Positions 1 to 9,030 are shown, counted from the stretch's first letter. The stretch is DNA of 47,630 nucleotides from an archaeon BMS3Bbin15 (GCA_002897955.1 BDTY01000099.1:1-47630), one strand, 5' to 3'. Translations and numbers: made by a program. The notes: a model not told the origin generated them from the letters alone.

Positions 1-155
1 TTATATCCACTCTTCAGTATATAATCATTGTTTTTATAAGTATATAAACTTTATGCTTATTTTCACCAATAAATTAAAATTTACGATTCATTATACCCTT
101 AGCTAGAGGTATTTCAATATTTTTAAAATAGTAACGCATTCATCCAACGACTAAA

Positions 156-2162
156 GAGGCTGTCCGACAATTACTCTCAGTAATATAAAATCCACATGTT
201 CGGGCAAATAACGGAGTGATTTTACATCAATCTTAAAATCAGGAGCGAAAGTTTTATATCTGCCTGAATATAGTTATATAACTATACTAAAAGAGGTGTT
301 ATATATGGGTTACAAGACAAAGATCCAGCAGATAAATAGGGAGAAATCAAGGCAGTATTACGTTAATCTACCGAGTGCTATAGTTCAGGCTATGGACTTT
401 AAGAAAGGGGCGTGCTTCGAATGGAGTGTGGAGGATAAGGATACCTTAACATTGAGGCGTTGCAGGGGAGAATGAGATGGTCTTCTACAGGAATTTGAAG
501 GGACAAGAGTGGCTATTCCCACATGACATCAGGGATATGATACCTGACAATCACATATGCCACCTTGTAGATATGGTGATGGGCGGGATGGACTTTAATG
601 ATTTAGAGTCCAGTTACGAGGGTCCAGGCCACCCAGCCTATCATCCGAAGGTGATGCTAAAAATTCTCATTATGGCAACAATAGACGGGATTCACTCATC
701 GAGGAATATCGCAAAGCTAGCCAGGGAAAACGTGGTTTACATGTACCTTGCAGGTCTTCTTAAACCCGATTTTAGGACGATAAGCGACTTCAGAAAAGAC
801 CATCCGGAAGAGGTGAGAAGGGCATTCAAAGAGGTTGTGATGCTTGCCAAAAGTCTTGACATGGTGCATCTGGGACACATATCCATCGACGGCACCAGGG
901 TGAAAGCCAATGCCTCCAACTACAGTGTGATTAAAAAGGAGGACCTGGATGAAATTGATAGGTTCATCAGAGAGGAGTTGGCGAGGGGTGCTGAAGAAGA
1001 CGAAAAGGAGGACGAGATTTACGGTCTGGACAAGACAGGCTATGAACTTCCTGAAGACACCGACAAGAAGAAGATAGTATCCAGAATCAAGGAGCGTTTC
1101 AAGAAAGGAGACGATAAGGAGAGAAGACGCCTTTTAAAGATTATGGGAAAAGCCAGGGATGAAATGGAGCGTGGGAAAGGCAATCTTGCCAGTCTTACCG
1201 ACCCGGAAAGCAGATTCATGCGGAACAGCAATGGACGAATAGGACTCTCCTACAATGCTCAAATAACAGTGGATTCAGAAGAAGGGATAATTTTAGCCAA
1301 TGACGTCGTTCAGGATTCGCATGACTCAGGCCAACTGATACCTCAAATAGAACAAACGGAAGAGTATCTGGGAAAAGACCTTTCAGACATAGAAGTGAGT
1401 GCCGACAACGGTTATTACAGCATGGACAACATACTATTCCTGAAGAGTAAAAAAATAGACGGTTACATACCTGACGAGGATCTTGCCACAGAAATGAAAG
1501 GTAGCACCAGAAGAGAGGGTTTTTTCCTGAAACGTATGTTCCGCTACGATAAAGACAAGGACTTCTTCATCTGTCCCGAAGGGAAAAACCTTACCCTCAG
1601 CACAGAATATTTGGACAAGAGTAATGGTCGTAGAGTCAGAACATATCGGTGCGGAATGAAAGTATGCTTTGAGTGCAGCTCCCGAAAACGATGTACCAAG
1701 AGCAAAAAAGGGAGGATAGTGAAATCATATGGGCATGAGACCTTGAGACTCGAGATGGCAGAGAAAATGCGGTCTGACGCAGGACGGAAGAAATACAAGA
1801 TGAGGGCTAGGACTGTAGAGGCTCCTTTCGGGGATATCAAGCAAAACATGGGTTTAAGGGAGTTCCTCACACGGGGAGTGACAACAGTTAAAACTGAGTT
1901 CAATTTGGTATGTACTGCCCATAATCTCAAAAGGATATGGAAGCATATAGGGGAAAAGAGTGTTTTGACAGATATGGGTGTGAACGAGCGACTCTCAACA
2001 TCAGACTGTGTGAAAACCACCAATTTTGTGAATTCTCTACCTTCTTTTTCATGCAAACATGTGTTTTTACACAACCTGACATTATGGGGGCTTGGGATTT
2101 TCAATCAGATCTTCGCCATTTTTATCCTTTTAACCACTGATATTGAATTGTCGGACAGCCTC
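156..2162 (+). mobile_element. Complete IS1182-family insertion sequence
   Basis: Perfect 17-bp terminal inverted repeats GAGGCTGTCCGACAATT (156-172) / AATTGTCGGACAGCCTC (2146-2162); 4-bp direct repeat TAAA at 152-155 and 2163-2166; encloses a DDE transposase. Confidence 0.93.
305..475 (+). CDS. Small AbrB/MazE/SpoVT-like DNA-binding protein (56 aa), IS passenger, absent from the ORF track
   Basis: Hand translation MGYKTKIQQINREKSRQYYVNLPSAIVQAMDFKKGACFEWSVEDKDTLTLRRCRGE*; SD GAGGTG at 293-298; pattern YYVNLPxxIxxAMxFKKGxxFEW fits a swapped-hairpin fold; stop 1 nt before the transposase ATG. Confidence 0.75.
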   Translation: MGYKTKIQQINREKSRQYYVNLPSAIVQAMDFKKGACFEWSVEDKDTLTLRRCRGE

Positions 2163-2165
2163 TAA
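477..2165 (+). CDS. IS1182-family DDE transposase
   Basis: GHPAYHPKVMLK, SSRNIA, PDFRTISDFRK, IDGTRVKANAS, TDPESRFM, YNAQITVD, ADNGY, RARTVEAPFGDIK, AHNLKR motifs. Confidence 0.95.
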   Translation: MVFYRNLKGQEWLFPHDIRDMIPDNHICHLVDMVMGGMDFNDLESSYEGPGHPAYHPKVMLKILIMATIDGIHSSRNIAKLARENVVYMYLAGLLKPDFRTISDFRKDHPEEVRRAFKEVVMLAKSLDMVHLGHISIDGTRVKANASNYSVIKKEDLDEIDRFIREELARGAEEDEKEDEIYGLDKTGYELPEDTDKKKIVSRIKERFKKGDDKERRRLLKIMGKARDEMERGKGNLASLTDPESRFMRNSNGRIGLSYNAQITVDSEEGIILANDVVQDSHDSGQLIPQIEQTEEYLGKDLSDIEVSADNGYYSMDNILFLKSKKIDGYIPDEDLATEMKGSTRREGFFLKRMFRYDKDKDFFICPEGKNLTLSTEYLDKSNGRRVRTYRCGMKVCFECSSRKRCTKSKKGRIVKSYGHETLRLEMAEKMRSDAGRKKYKMRARTVEAPFGDIKQNMGLREFLTRGVTTVKTEFNLVCTAHNLKRIWKHIGEKSVLTDMGVNERLSTSDCVKTTNFVNSLPSFSCKHVFLHNLTLWGLGIFNQIFAIFILLTTDIELSDSL

Positions 2166-2183
2166 AGTCGTTGGTCTTCTGCG

Positions 2184-3794
2184 ATGTTCTTCATAAATCT
2201 CTTCAAACCCGAGAGAATGCTGAAGGTTTATTTTGTTTTTTACATAGATTGTCTCACTGATGTGGTTAAAGCTATCAGAAAAGCTGGATGTCTCCACCTT
2301 ACTGATATAAAGAAGGAAATGCCCAATCTCAAACCTTTGGAGACCTGGGAGAGCAGAGTTATGGAGTGCATTAACAAACTTGAAAATCTGAACTCTCTAT
2401 TTTTAAGGGAAAGGCTGCAACTGAAAGAAAGACTCTTGGGACCAAGACATATCCCACTAAAGATTATTTCAGAATTTCCGGAGCTGGAGGAAATTGAGGC
2501 AAGAATTAAAACTCTTGAAAATGATTTTAAAGAACTTAAATCTGAAAAAGAAAAGTTTGAGAAAGAACTGAATAAAATAGAATTTGAACTTAAGGACACT
2601 GGAGATTTTAAAAGAAGAAGTTATTTAAAGAACCTTATAGATGAGAATAAGAGGAAAATTAAAAATATAGATATGAAATTGAAAACTTTAGGGAAAAAGG
2701 CAAATAGAGAAATTTTATTTTATAATGATATTCTAAAAAATATGCTTATAACTGAAAAAGCAATGAAGAATTTTGGAAGGACAGAATATGTGTGTGCAGT
2801 GAGTGGCTGGATACCTCAGAATGATGCAGATAAAATCGAAAGGATTCTCAAAAAATCATGCGACACCTCTTTTTTCTATGATAGAAAACCATATGAAGAT
2901 GAAGAACCTCCCATAAAACTTAAAAACCCTGCTTTTCTTAAACCTTTTGAAATTCTGACAACAACCTATGGTTATCCTGCCTACAGGGGTATAGACCCGA
3001 CACCGCTGGTTGCTCTGAGCTTCACTCTCATGTTCGGAATTATGTTTGCTGATATCGGCTACGGTATCAGCCTAACCCTTTTAAGCCTCGTAATATATCT
3101 GGCTACCACAAAGAAAGACCAGGTAATGCATTCACTGAATCTGATATTAATGTATGCCGGAATATCAAGTTTTATTTTTGGTTTCGTTTTCGGAGAGTTT
3201 TTCGGTGGTATTTTGAAGGTAACTTCCTATGTGGGAGAGATTGAAAAAGATATTTCATCTCTTTTTATCCTCTCTCTTGCTCTGGGATTTGTTCATATCT
3301 CCCTGAGTTTAATATCAAGAATTATCACGGAATATAAAAGCAGAGAGAGTTTATATCCTGTTTCTCTTCTTCTCATACTCCTTTCAGCTTTATTTTTTTA
3401 TTCAGGGTACACTGCAGCAGGTTTTTTGATTATGATTCCGGGACTGGTTCTTCTATTCTATATGAAAGGATTCGGCTCCTTTGAGGAGGTTATATCTCTC
3501 TTTACCAATATTCTATCATATATAAGGATAGGGGCTCTTGCATCCATGCATATTATCTTCACAGGGATTTTTACAATGATTATTCTGAGTCTTCCCAGAA
3601 CGATTACTGGAATAATCACAGGTGCTGTTTTATTCCTCCTTGGTTCAGCAATAATTCTTGCTTCCAGCACTTTTATTGTATTCATTCATTCTTTAAGGCT
3701 GCACTGGGTAGAATTTTTCAGGAGATTTTATTCAAGTATGGGAGAAAGATATAAGCCTTTCAGACAGGAAAGTTATTATGTTTATGAGGTGTAA
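2184..3794 (+). CDS. A/V-type ATP synthase subunit I (a)-like protein, shortened, stand-alone
   Basis: N-terminal KPERM, SGWIP, PPIKLKNP, IDPTP, FGIMFADIGYG, SYIRIGAL (essential Arg) and HSLRLHWVEFF motifs. Confidence 0.88.
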   Translation: MFFINLFKPERMLKVYFVFYIDCLTDVVKAIRKAGCLHLTDIKKEMPNLKPLETWESRVMECINKLENLNSLFLRERLQLKERLLGPRHIPLKIISEFPELEEIEARIKTLENDFKELKSEKEKFEKELNKIEFELKDTGDFKRRSYLKNLIDENKRKIKNIDMKLKTLGKKANREILFYNDILKNMLITEKAMKNFGRTEYVCAVSGWIPQNDADKIERILKKSCDTSFFYDRKPYEDEEPPIKLKNPAFLKPFEILTTTYGYPAYRGIDPTPLVALSFTLMFGIMFADIGYGISLTLLSLVIYLATTKKDQVMHSLNLILMYAGISSFIFGFVFGEFFGGILKVTSYVGEIEKDISSLFILSLALGFVHISLSLISRIITEYKSRESLYPVSLLLILLSALFFYSGYTAAGFLIMIPGLVLLFYMKGFGSFEEVISLFTNILSYIRIGALASMHIIFTGIFTMIILSLPRTITGIITGAVLFLLGSAIILASSTFIVFIHSLRLHWVEFFRRFYSSMGERYKPFRQESYYVYEV

Positions 3795-3796
3795 CT

Positions 3797-4210
3797 ATGA
3801 TTAAAAAAATACTCCTTGCCACTGATGGTTCCGCCTTCTCTGAAAAAGCAGGAAAATATGCAATATATCTGGGGAAGAAGCTGGAAGCAGAGGTTACTGC
3901 TCTTCATGTAATTGAATTAAAGCCGCCCAGGTTCCTCTCTCCCGAGGATATAGATAGACAGAAGGCTGTTATGGCAAAGGATTGCTTTAATGTACTGAAA
4001 AAGAGAGCTGAGAATAAATGCGTAAAGCTCAGCACTCTTATTCTTGTTTCAAGAAGTACAGCCCGGTCAATTCTCGACGAGAGTGAGGATGGATATGACC
4101 TTATTGTGATGGGCAGCCTTGGAAAGACAGGCCTGAAAAAGCTTCTTCTGGGCAGCGTATCTGAAGAAGTTGTGAGAAAAGCAAGCATCCCTGTAATGGT
4201 GATTCATTGA
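3797..4210 (+). CDS. Universal stress protein (UspA family)
   Basis: KKILLATDGS ... DLIVMGSLG ... LLGSVSEEVVRKASIPVMVI. Confidence 0.95.
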   Translation: MIKKILLATDGSAFSEKAGKYAIYLGKKLEAEVTALHVIELKPPRFLSPEDIDRQKAVMAKDCFNVLKKRAENKCVKLSTLILVSRSTARSILDESEDGYDLIVMGSLGKTGLKKLLLGSVSEEVVRKASIPVMVIH

Positions 4211-5379
4211 TGCACTTCGATATATTCATTGCAGGAGCAGGACCAGCAGGGCTGGCATGTGCAGGAGAACTTGCCTCAGAATTTGAGGTTGGTATTGCCG
4301 AGGAGCATCCTGAATTGGGGAATATCAGTTGCACAGGAGTTCTCGGCATAAAGTCTCTTGAAAGGCTGGGGATTGATTATAAAGACTCTGTTCTGAGTTA
4401 TATAAAATCTGCAAGGCTTCACTCAAACACCGAAAACCTTGAATTTTCATTTTCAAAACCTGTTGCCGTAGTTGTGGATAGAGCAGCTTTTGATAGAGGG
4501 CTTGGTGAAAATGCTCTTGATGAGGGTGCCGAGATTCTCACATCAACCAGAGTAGTAAAGGTTGAGAGGAAGAGAAAAGGATGGAAAATAAAACTTCTTA
4601 GAGAAGGTAAGATTGAAGAAGTAGAGGCGAAGGTTCTCATAGGGGCTGACGGTTTCAGGTCAGAGATTGCTCTTTCTCAGGGGCTCAGGGAGAGATGGAA
4701 ACCAGCTCATATACTATCCTGCTATCAGCTGGAGGTAAACTGCAGTGCTGAGCTGACTGAAGTTTATTTTACTCATCATGCCAGGAATTTCTTTGCCTGG
4801 AAGGTTCCTGCAGGCGAGAAATGCAGAGTTGGTCTGTGTTCAAGGGGTACAACTCTTTCACCAAAATCTGCCTTAAAAAAGCTTGTCAGTGAAAAGGGGA
4901 TAGAAGGTGAGATTCTTGCCGAGACTGGAGATGTTATACCCCTTGGAATTATTAATAAAACATACGCCGAAAGTTTGCTAATAGTGGGCGAAGCTGCCGG
5001 ATTCATAAAGCCGATTACAGGGGGTGGAGTAATCTTTGGCATAACATCCGGGAAGCTGGCAGCAGAAGTGTTAAAAGATGCCGGTAATTTCTCAGAGGGC
5101 TCTTTAAGCAGGTATGAAAAGTTGTGGAAGAAAAATATGGGCAGGGAGATAAACTTCGGGCTGCACTTTTCGAAGCTCTTCCACTCTCTTACCGGGGAGG
5201 AGCTTGATAAGATTTTCAGAACCTTGGATAAGGAGGCTGTTGATGAGATAAAGAAAAACTTCAGTTTTGACAGGCACAGTTTTCTTCTTAAAGTTGCTCT
5301 CAGGCATGGTTACAGAATTTTCAGGGCTCTGGGGACAAGGAGGAGTGCAGAACTTCTGGGAGAGCTCAGAAAGATTTGA
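4207..5379 (+). CDS. Geranylgeranyl reductase family FAD-dependent oxidoreductase (DGGGPL reductase-like)
   Basis: GAGPAG dinucleotide motif, DRAAFD, IGADG, VGEAAGFIKPITGGGV. Confidence 0.88.
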   Translation: MMHFDIFIAGAGPAGLACAGELASEFEVGIAEEHPELGNISCTGVLGIKSLERLGIDYKDSVLSYIKSARLHSNTENLEFSFSKPVAVVVDRAAFDRGLGENALDEGAEILTSTRVVKVERKRKGWKIKLLREGKIEEVEAKVLIGADGFRSEIALSQGLRERWKPAHILSCYQLEVNCSAELTEVYFTHHARNFFAWKVPAGEKCRVGLCSRGTTLSPKSALKKLVSEKGIEGEILAETGDVIPLGIINKTYAESLLIVGEAAGFIKPITGGGVIFGITSGKLAAEVLKDAGNFSEGSLSRYEKLWKKNMGREINFGLHFSKLFHSLTGEELDKIFRTLDKEAVDEIKKNFSFDRHSFLLKVALRHGYRIFRALGTRRSAELLGELRKI

Positions 5380-5396
5380 AGTTGAATATTTGAGAG

Positions 5397-5711
5397 TTAT
5401 ATCGGCGGAGCAATCGCAACCAGAACACGCATGCGTGTAGTTGCCTTAATGCCGTGAGGCTCACTTACCTTGCTTATCAGCATACTCCCGGGCCTGACTT
5501 CAACCTCGCTCTCCCCGCCAGTGAAATATCCTTCCCCGGCCAGCACAAGAATCATAACCTCGCTTTCAACATCATGACTGTGCACAGGCAGCTCCTGCCC
5601 TGCCTCAAAGTTGAAGTTTATTATCCGCCAGCCAGGTGAGTCGTGGAGTAGCCTGAGGTTATACCTATCTTCCCTGAACTGCGCATACTCGTCTAAATTT
5701 ATTATCTGCAT
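5397..5711 (-). CDS. Cupin domain protein
   Basis: GQELPVHSH...E...LVLAGEG and EPHGIKA cupin motifs. Confidence 0.88.
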   Translation of the reverse strand: MQIINLDEYAQFREDRYNLRLLHDSPGWRIINFNFEAGQELPVHSHDVESEVMILVLAGEGYFTGGESEVEVRPGSMLISKVSEPHGIKATTRMRVLVAIAPPI

Positions 5712-6045
5712 TTTCTATCACAATAGTAAATATGCATTCATAGAAGTTAATTCTATCTGCGAACATGTTTCCAGCATATTAATTCACCTGTGCCACTTAC
5801 CCAAACTAATTTGCTATGCATTCCATATCGCTAAAACAGATTAGATTACAGCAAATATATTGTAAGAGGAGAAATATAACACATCACAGCGAAGATATGC
5901 CCTATGGAAAATCTGAGAAAAACTTTCTCATACAAAGAAGTGAATCAACTCATAAAAGGTAAAAAATGAAATTTTTATTAAGAAATACAACACTTAATTC
6001 TAAAAAGAAAGAAAAACTTTTATTGTGCAAGAATGAAACTGAGTC

Positions 6046-6888
6046 ATGCGTACTGTCAGACTTGAGAAGATAATTGAAACCGTGGAAAAGCTCGCCATTG
6101 ACTCATGTTATATAGCAAAAAAAGAGATGACAGAAAAGATTGATAATGCTCTCAAAATTGAGAAATCTGACCTTGGAAAACATATCCTTGAAAAACTTCT
6201 CGAAAATGCCGAAATTGCTGAAAAGGAATGGATACCCTACTGTCAGGACACAGGAGTGGCTATAATCTTTGTCGAGCTCGGCGAAGAGGTTATATTTGAT
6301 TTTCCCGGTTTTATTGATGCTTTAAATGAAGGTGTGAGAAGAGGATATAAAAAAGGCTATCTCAGAAAGTCTATAGTCAGTGACCCTCTCAGGAGAGAAA
6401 ATACAGGCGATAATACACCCGCAATTGTACATATAAACCTTGTCAAAGGCGACAGGCTCAGGATTAAATTCTGCGCCAGGGGTTCAGGCAGTGAAAATAT
6501 GTCAAAGGTTAAGATGCTCAAACCTGCTGAAGGCTGGGAAGGTATAAAGAGCTTTGTACTGGAAACAGTCAGAGAGGCTGGTCCAAATCCCTGCCCTCCT
6601 ATAATAATCGGGCTTGGAATAGGAGGGAATCTGGAAAAAGCTCCCCTCCTTGCCAAAAATGCACTCTACAGGGGGGTAGGTTCCGAACACAGAGAAACCT
6701 TCTATGCCGAAAAGGAAAAGGAGCTTCTTGAAGAAATAAATAACCTTGGTATAGGACCACAGGGTATGGGTGGAAGAGTCACAGCCTTCGAGGTTCATAT
6801 CGAGGAAGCTCCCTGTCACATCGGCTCCTTACCTGTGGCTGTTGTTATTGAATGCCATGCTCACAGATACAGGGAGGTGGAATTATGA
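6046..6888 (+). CDS. Class I fumarate hydratase / tartrate dehydratase-type Fe-S hydro-lyase, alpha subunit
   Basis: CQDTG, GYLRKSIV, NTGDNTP, GSENMS, NPCPP, GIGPQGMGG, CHAHR. Confidence 0.93.
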   Translation: MRTVRLEKIIETVEKLAIDSCYIAKKEMTEKIDNALKIEKSDLGKHILEKLLENAEIAEKEWIPYCQDTGVAIIFVELGEEVIFDFPGFIDALNEGVRRGYKKGYLRKSIVSDPLRRENTGDNTPAIVHINLVKGDRLRIKFCARGSGSENMSKVKMLKPAEGWEGIKSFVLETVREAGPNPCPPIIIGLGIGGNLEKAPLLAKNALYRGVGSEHRETFYAEKEKELLEEINNLGIGPQGMGGRVTAFEVHIEEAPCHIGSLPVAVVIECHAHRYREVEL

Positions 6889-7430
6889 TTCACATTAAAA
6901 CGCCACTGACTGAAGAAACAATCCTCAGACTCAAAGCCGGGGACATGGTTGAACTTTCGGGTACTGTATACTCGGCAAGAGATGCCACGCATAAAAAGTT
7001 TTTTGATGCCCTTGAGAGCCGTGAAGCTCTGCCCTTTGACATAGAGGGGCAGGTGATTTACTATATGGGCCCGACACCACCACCGCCCCGGAAAATTATT
7101 GGAGCAGCCGGCCCCACAACATCTTCAAGGATGGACAGCTACACCCCGAGACTTCTGGAACTTGGATTGAAAGGGATGATAGGCAAGGGTAAAAGGAGCA
7201 GGGAAGTCAGAGAAGCTATAGTTAAAAACAAAGCGGTTTACTTTGCAGCCATAGGAGGTGCAGGTGCCCTTGCAGCAAAAAGAATAATAAAATCAAAGCT
7301 GATTGCTTATCCTGAGCTTGGTCCGGAGGCGCTATATAAACTTGAAATGGATAGATTCCCCCTCATAGTTGCAAACGATAGCTCTGGAAATGATATTTTT
7401 GAACTCGCTATAAAGAGGTGGAACATATAA
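6885..7430 (+). CDS. Class I fumarate hydratase-type Fe-S hydro-lyase, beta subunit
   Basis: ARDATH, GPTTSSRMD, GMIGKG, ELGPEA; start placed at ATG 6885 after SD GGAGGTG, overlapping the alpha stop. Confidence 0.93.
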   Translation: MIHIKTPLTEETILRLKAGDMVELSGTVYSARDATHKKFFDALESREALPFDIEGQVIYYMGPTPPPPRKIIGAAGPTTSSRMDSYTPRLLELGLKGMIGKGKRSREVREAIVKNKAVYFAAIGGAGALAAKRIIKSKLIAYPELGPEALYKLEMDRFPLIVANDSSGNDIFELAIKRWNI

Positions 7431-7467
7431 ATTTATATCGTTAACAATAAGACATACATGAAAAATC

Positions 7468-8337
7468 ATGACAAATTATTTTGGTGATATTATGAGTGAA
7501 GATGAGCTCAGTTACACCCTTAAGTTTAATGAAGGTATCATGCTTTTTGAGAGGGATTCTACCAGAGAAAATAGAAGGCTTATATACGATAAAGACAGGT
7601 GCACTGGATGCGGAATGTGCGTTGAAGCCTGTCCCACAAAGGCTGTCTATCTGGGTCCCCTCGGAGCCATAAATAAAGGACTTTCCGATGTACCACATAT
7701 TTCCATAGACGCTGAAAAGTGTGTACTCTGCGGAATATGCAGCGCAATCTGCCTTTTTAATTCCATAAACGTTGAAATAGATGGAAGAAGTGTTAAAAAT
7801 AATAGAGATTTTGTGAACTATGAGGGAATTCATATATTCAATCAGAATAAATGCAGCATGAAAAATGAAGAGAAGCTAGAAGCCTGCGAAGATTGTATGA
7901 ATGCATGTCCCAGAAATGCCATAACCTTTGCAGGAATTAAAGAAGTTGAAGACAAAAATATAAACACCATGGAAAGAGACGAAGATAAATGCGTTTTCTG
8001 CTCTGCCTGTGAGAAAGCCTGCCCCACTGAAGCTATAAAGGTGAATAAAATATTTGATGGTGAATTAGTTGTGGACCAAGAGATATGTCAGGGCTGTGGG
8101 AGCTGCAAGGAGATATGTCCCACCGGCGCTATTTACCTTCCCAATTATAACAAACTCTGGGAAAAAGTACCGAAAGTCGAAGTTACAACCCAGATATGCT
8201 GTTTCTGTTCCGCATGTGAGAAGGTGTGCCCTGTGAATGCAATAACACTTAAGAGAAGCAGTGTAAAATACACAAAGGGTGAAGAAAAGTCCTGGACAAA
8301 GGCCTGGGAAAAAGCCTTCAAAAGTTTTGTAGGGTGA
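7468..8337 (+). CDS. fwdF: Formylmethanofuran dehydrogenase polyferredoxin subunit F-like (six 4Fe-4S motifs)
   Basis: Five regular CxxCxxCxxxC motifs plus one with an insertion; heads the fwd cluster; start may be ATG 7492 (SD GGTGA). Confidence 0.8.
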   Translation: MTNYFGDIMSEDELSYTLKFNEGIMLFERDSTRENRRLIYDKDRCTGCGMCVEACPTKAVYLGPLGAINKGLSDVPHISIDAEKCVLCGICSAICLFNSINVEIDGRSVKNNRDFVNYEGIHIFNQNKCSMKNEEKLEACEDCMNACPRNAITFAGIKEVEDKNINTMERDEDKCVFCSACEKACPTEAIKVNKIFDGELVVDQEICQGCGSCKEICPTGAIYLPNYNKLWEKVPKVEVTTQICCFCSACEKVCPVNAITLKRSSVKYTKGEEKSWTKAWEKAFKSFVG

Positions 8338-9026
8338 AAATTATGGGTAACTTCACTTTAAAAATAGATGAAGAACTATGTCAGGGGTGTGGCAACTGTA
8401 TTGTTGTATGCCCTGTAAGCGCTTTCAGTGATAATAATGTAGCTGGTGGGTCCGGCTCAGATGAGCAGAGAAATTTTGGAGTTATCACCGGTGCAGTAAA
8501 AATATATGACCCTGAGTTCTGCACAGGTTGCGGAACATGTGTCAATGCCTGCGGCTACGGTGCAATAAAAATTGAAGTACAGGGGCAACAGAAGCTTGAA
8601 GTAAAGCTTTCTGCCGATAATCTGTGGATGACAGGAGAAAAAGCCATTGTTTATGATATAATAAAGAAGGAAGGTCCTCTATCCATAGAACAGATTATAG
8701 AAAAACTTGAAATTCCAAATAGACTTGCATTAAATTTAATATTCACACTTAAGAATGAAAATAAGATATTTGAAGCAGGTAAAATTGAAGAAGACCACAG
8801 AGTTGGATATATTTACACAAGTGAGCCTCCCATGACAGAGGAGAAAGAGAAGGAAGTTGAAGAAGTGGCAGAGATAACAGTTGACCCTGAAAAGGCAGAA
8901 AAGCTCAGAAAAACCCTTGAGAGTATGATTGACAGGTTCAACACTGTAAAGATAAGGTTCATGCTTGAGGCAGGAAAACTGGACAGAGTAAAAGAAGAGC
9001 TTGTTGCCAAACTTGAGGAGAGGTAA
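8334..9026 (+). CDS. fwdG: FwdG-like 2x[4Fe-4S] ferredoxin with long C-terminal extension (putative winged helix plus helical tail)
   Basis: CQGCGNCIVVCP...GGSG...CTGCGTCVNAC typical of FwdG; located between fwdF and fwdD; about 150 extra residues. Confidence 0.75.
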   Translation: MKIMGNFTLKIDEELCQGCGNCIVVCPVSAFSDNNVAGGSGSDEQRNFGVITGAVKIYDPEFCTGCGTCVNACGYGAIKIEVQGQQKLEVKLSADNLWMTGEKAIVYDIIKKEGPLSIEQIIEKLEIPNRLALNLIFTLKNENKIFEAGKIEEDHRVGYIYTSEPPMTEEKEKEVEEVAEITVDPEKAEKLRKTLESMIDRFNTVKIRFMLEAGKLDRVKEELVAKLEER

Positions 9027-9030
9027 AAAT

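Larger units (their letters stand above)
144..2174. repeat. Palindromic IS target site split by the insertion (CCAACGAC-TAAA-GTCGTTGG)
   Basis: CCAACGAC (144-151) and its exact reverse complement GTCGTTGG (2167-2174) lie just outside the TAAA duplication. Confidence 0.88.

Noticed and set aside
86..115. Imperfect palindrome ATACC-CT-TAGCTA-GA-GGTAT preceded by ATTCAT, possibly a second IS605-like hairpin
   Set aside because: Stem is mismatched and short; cannot be told from chance
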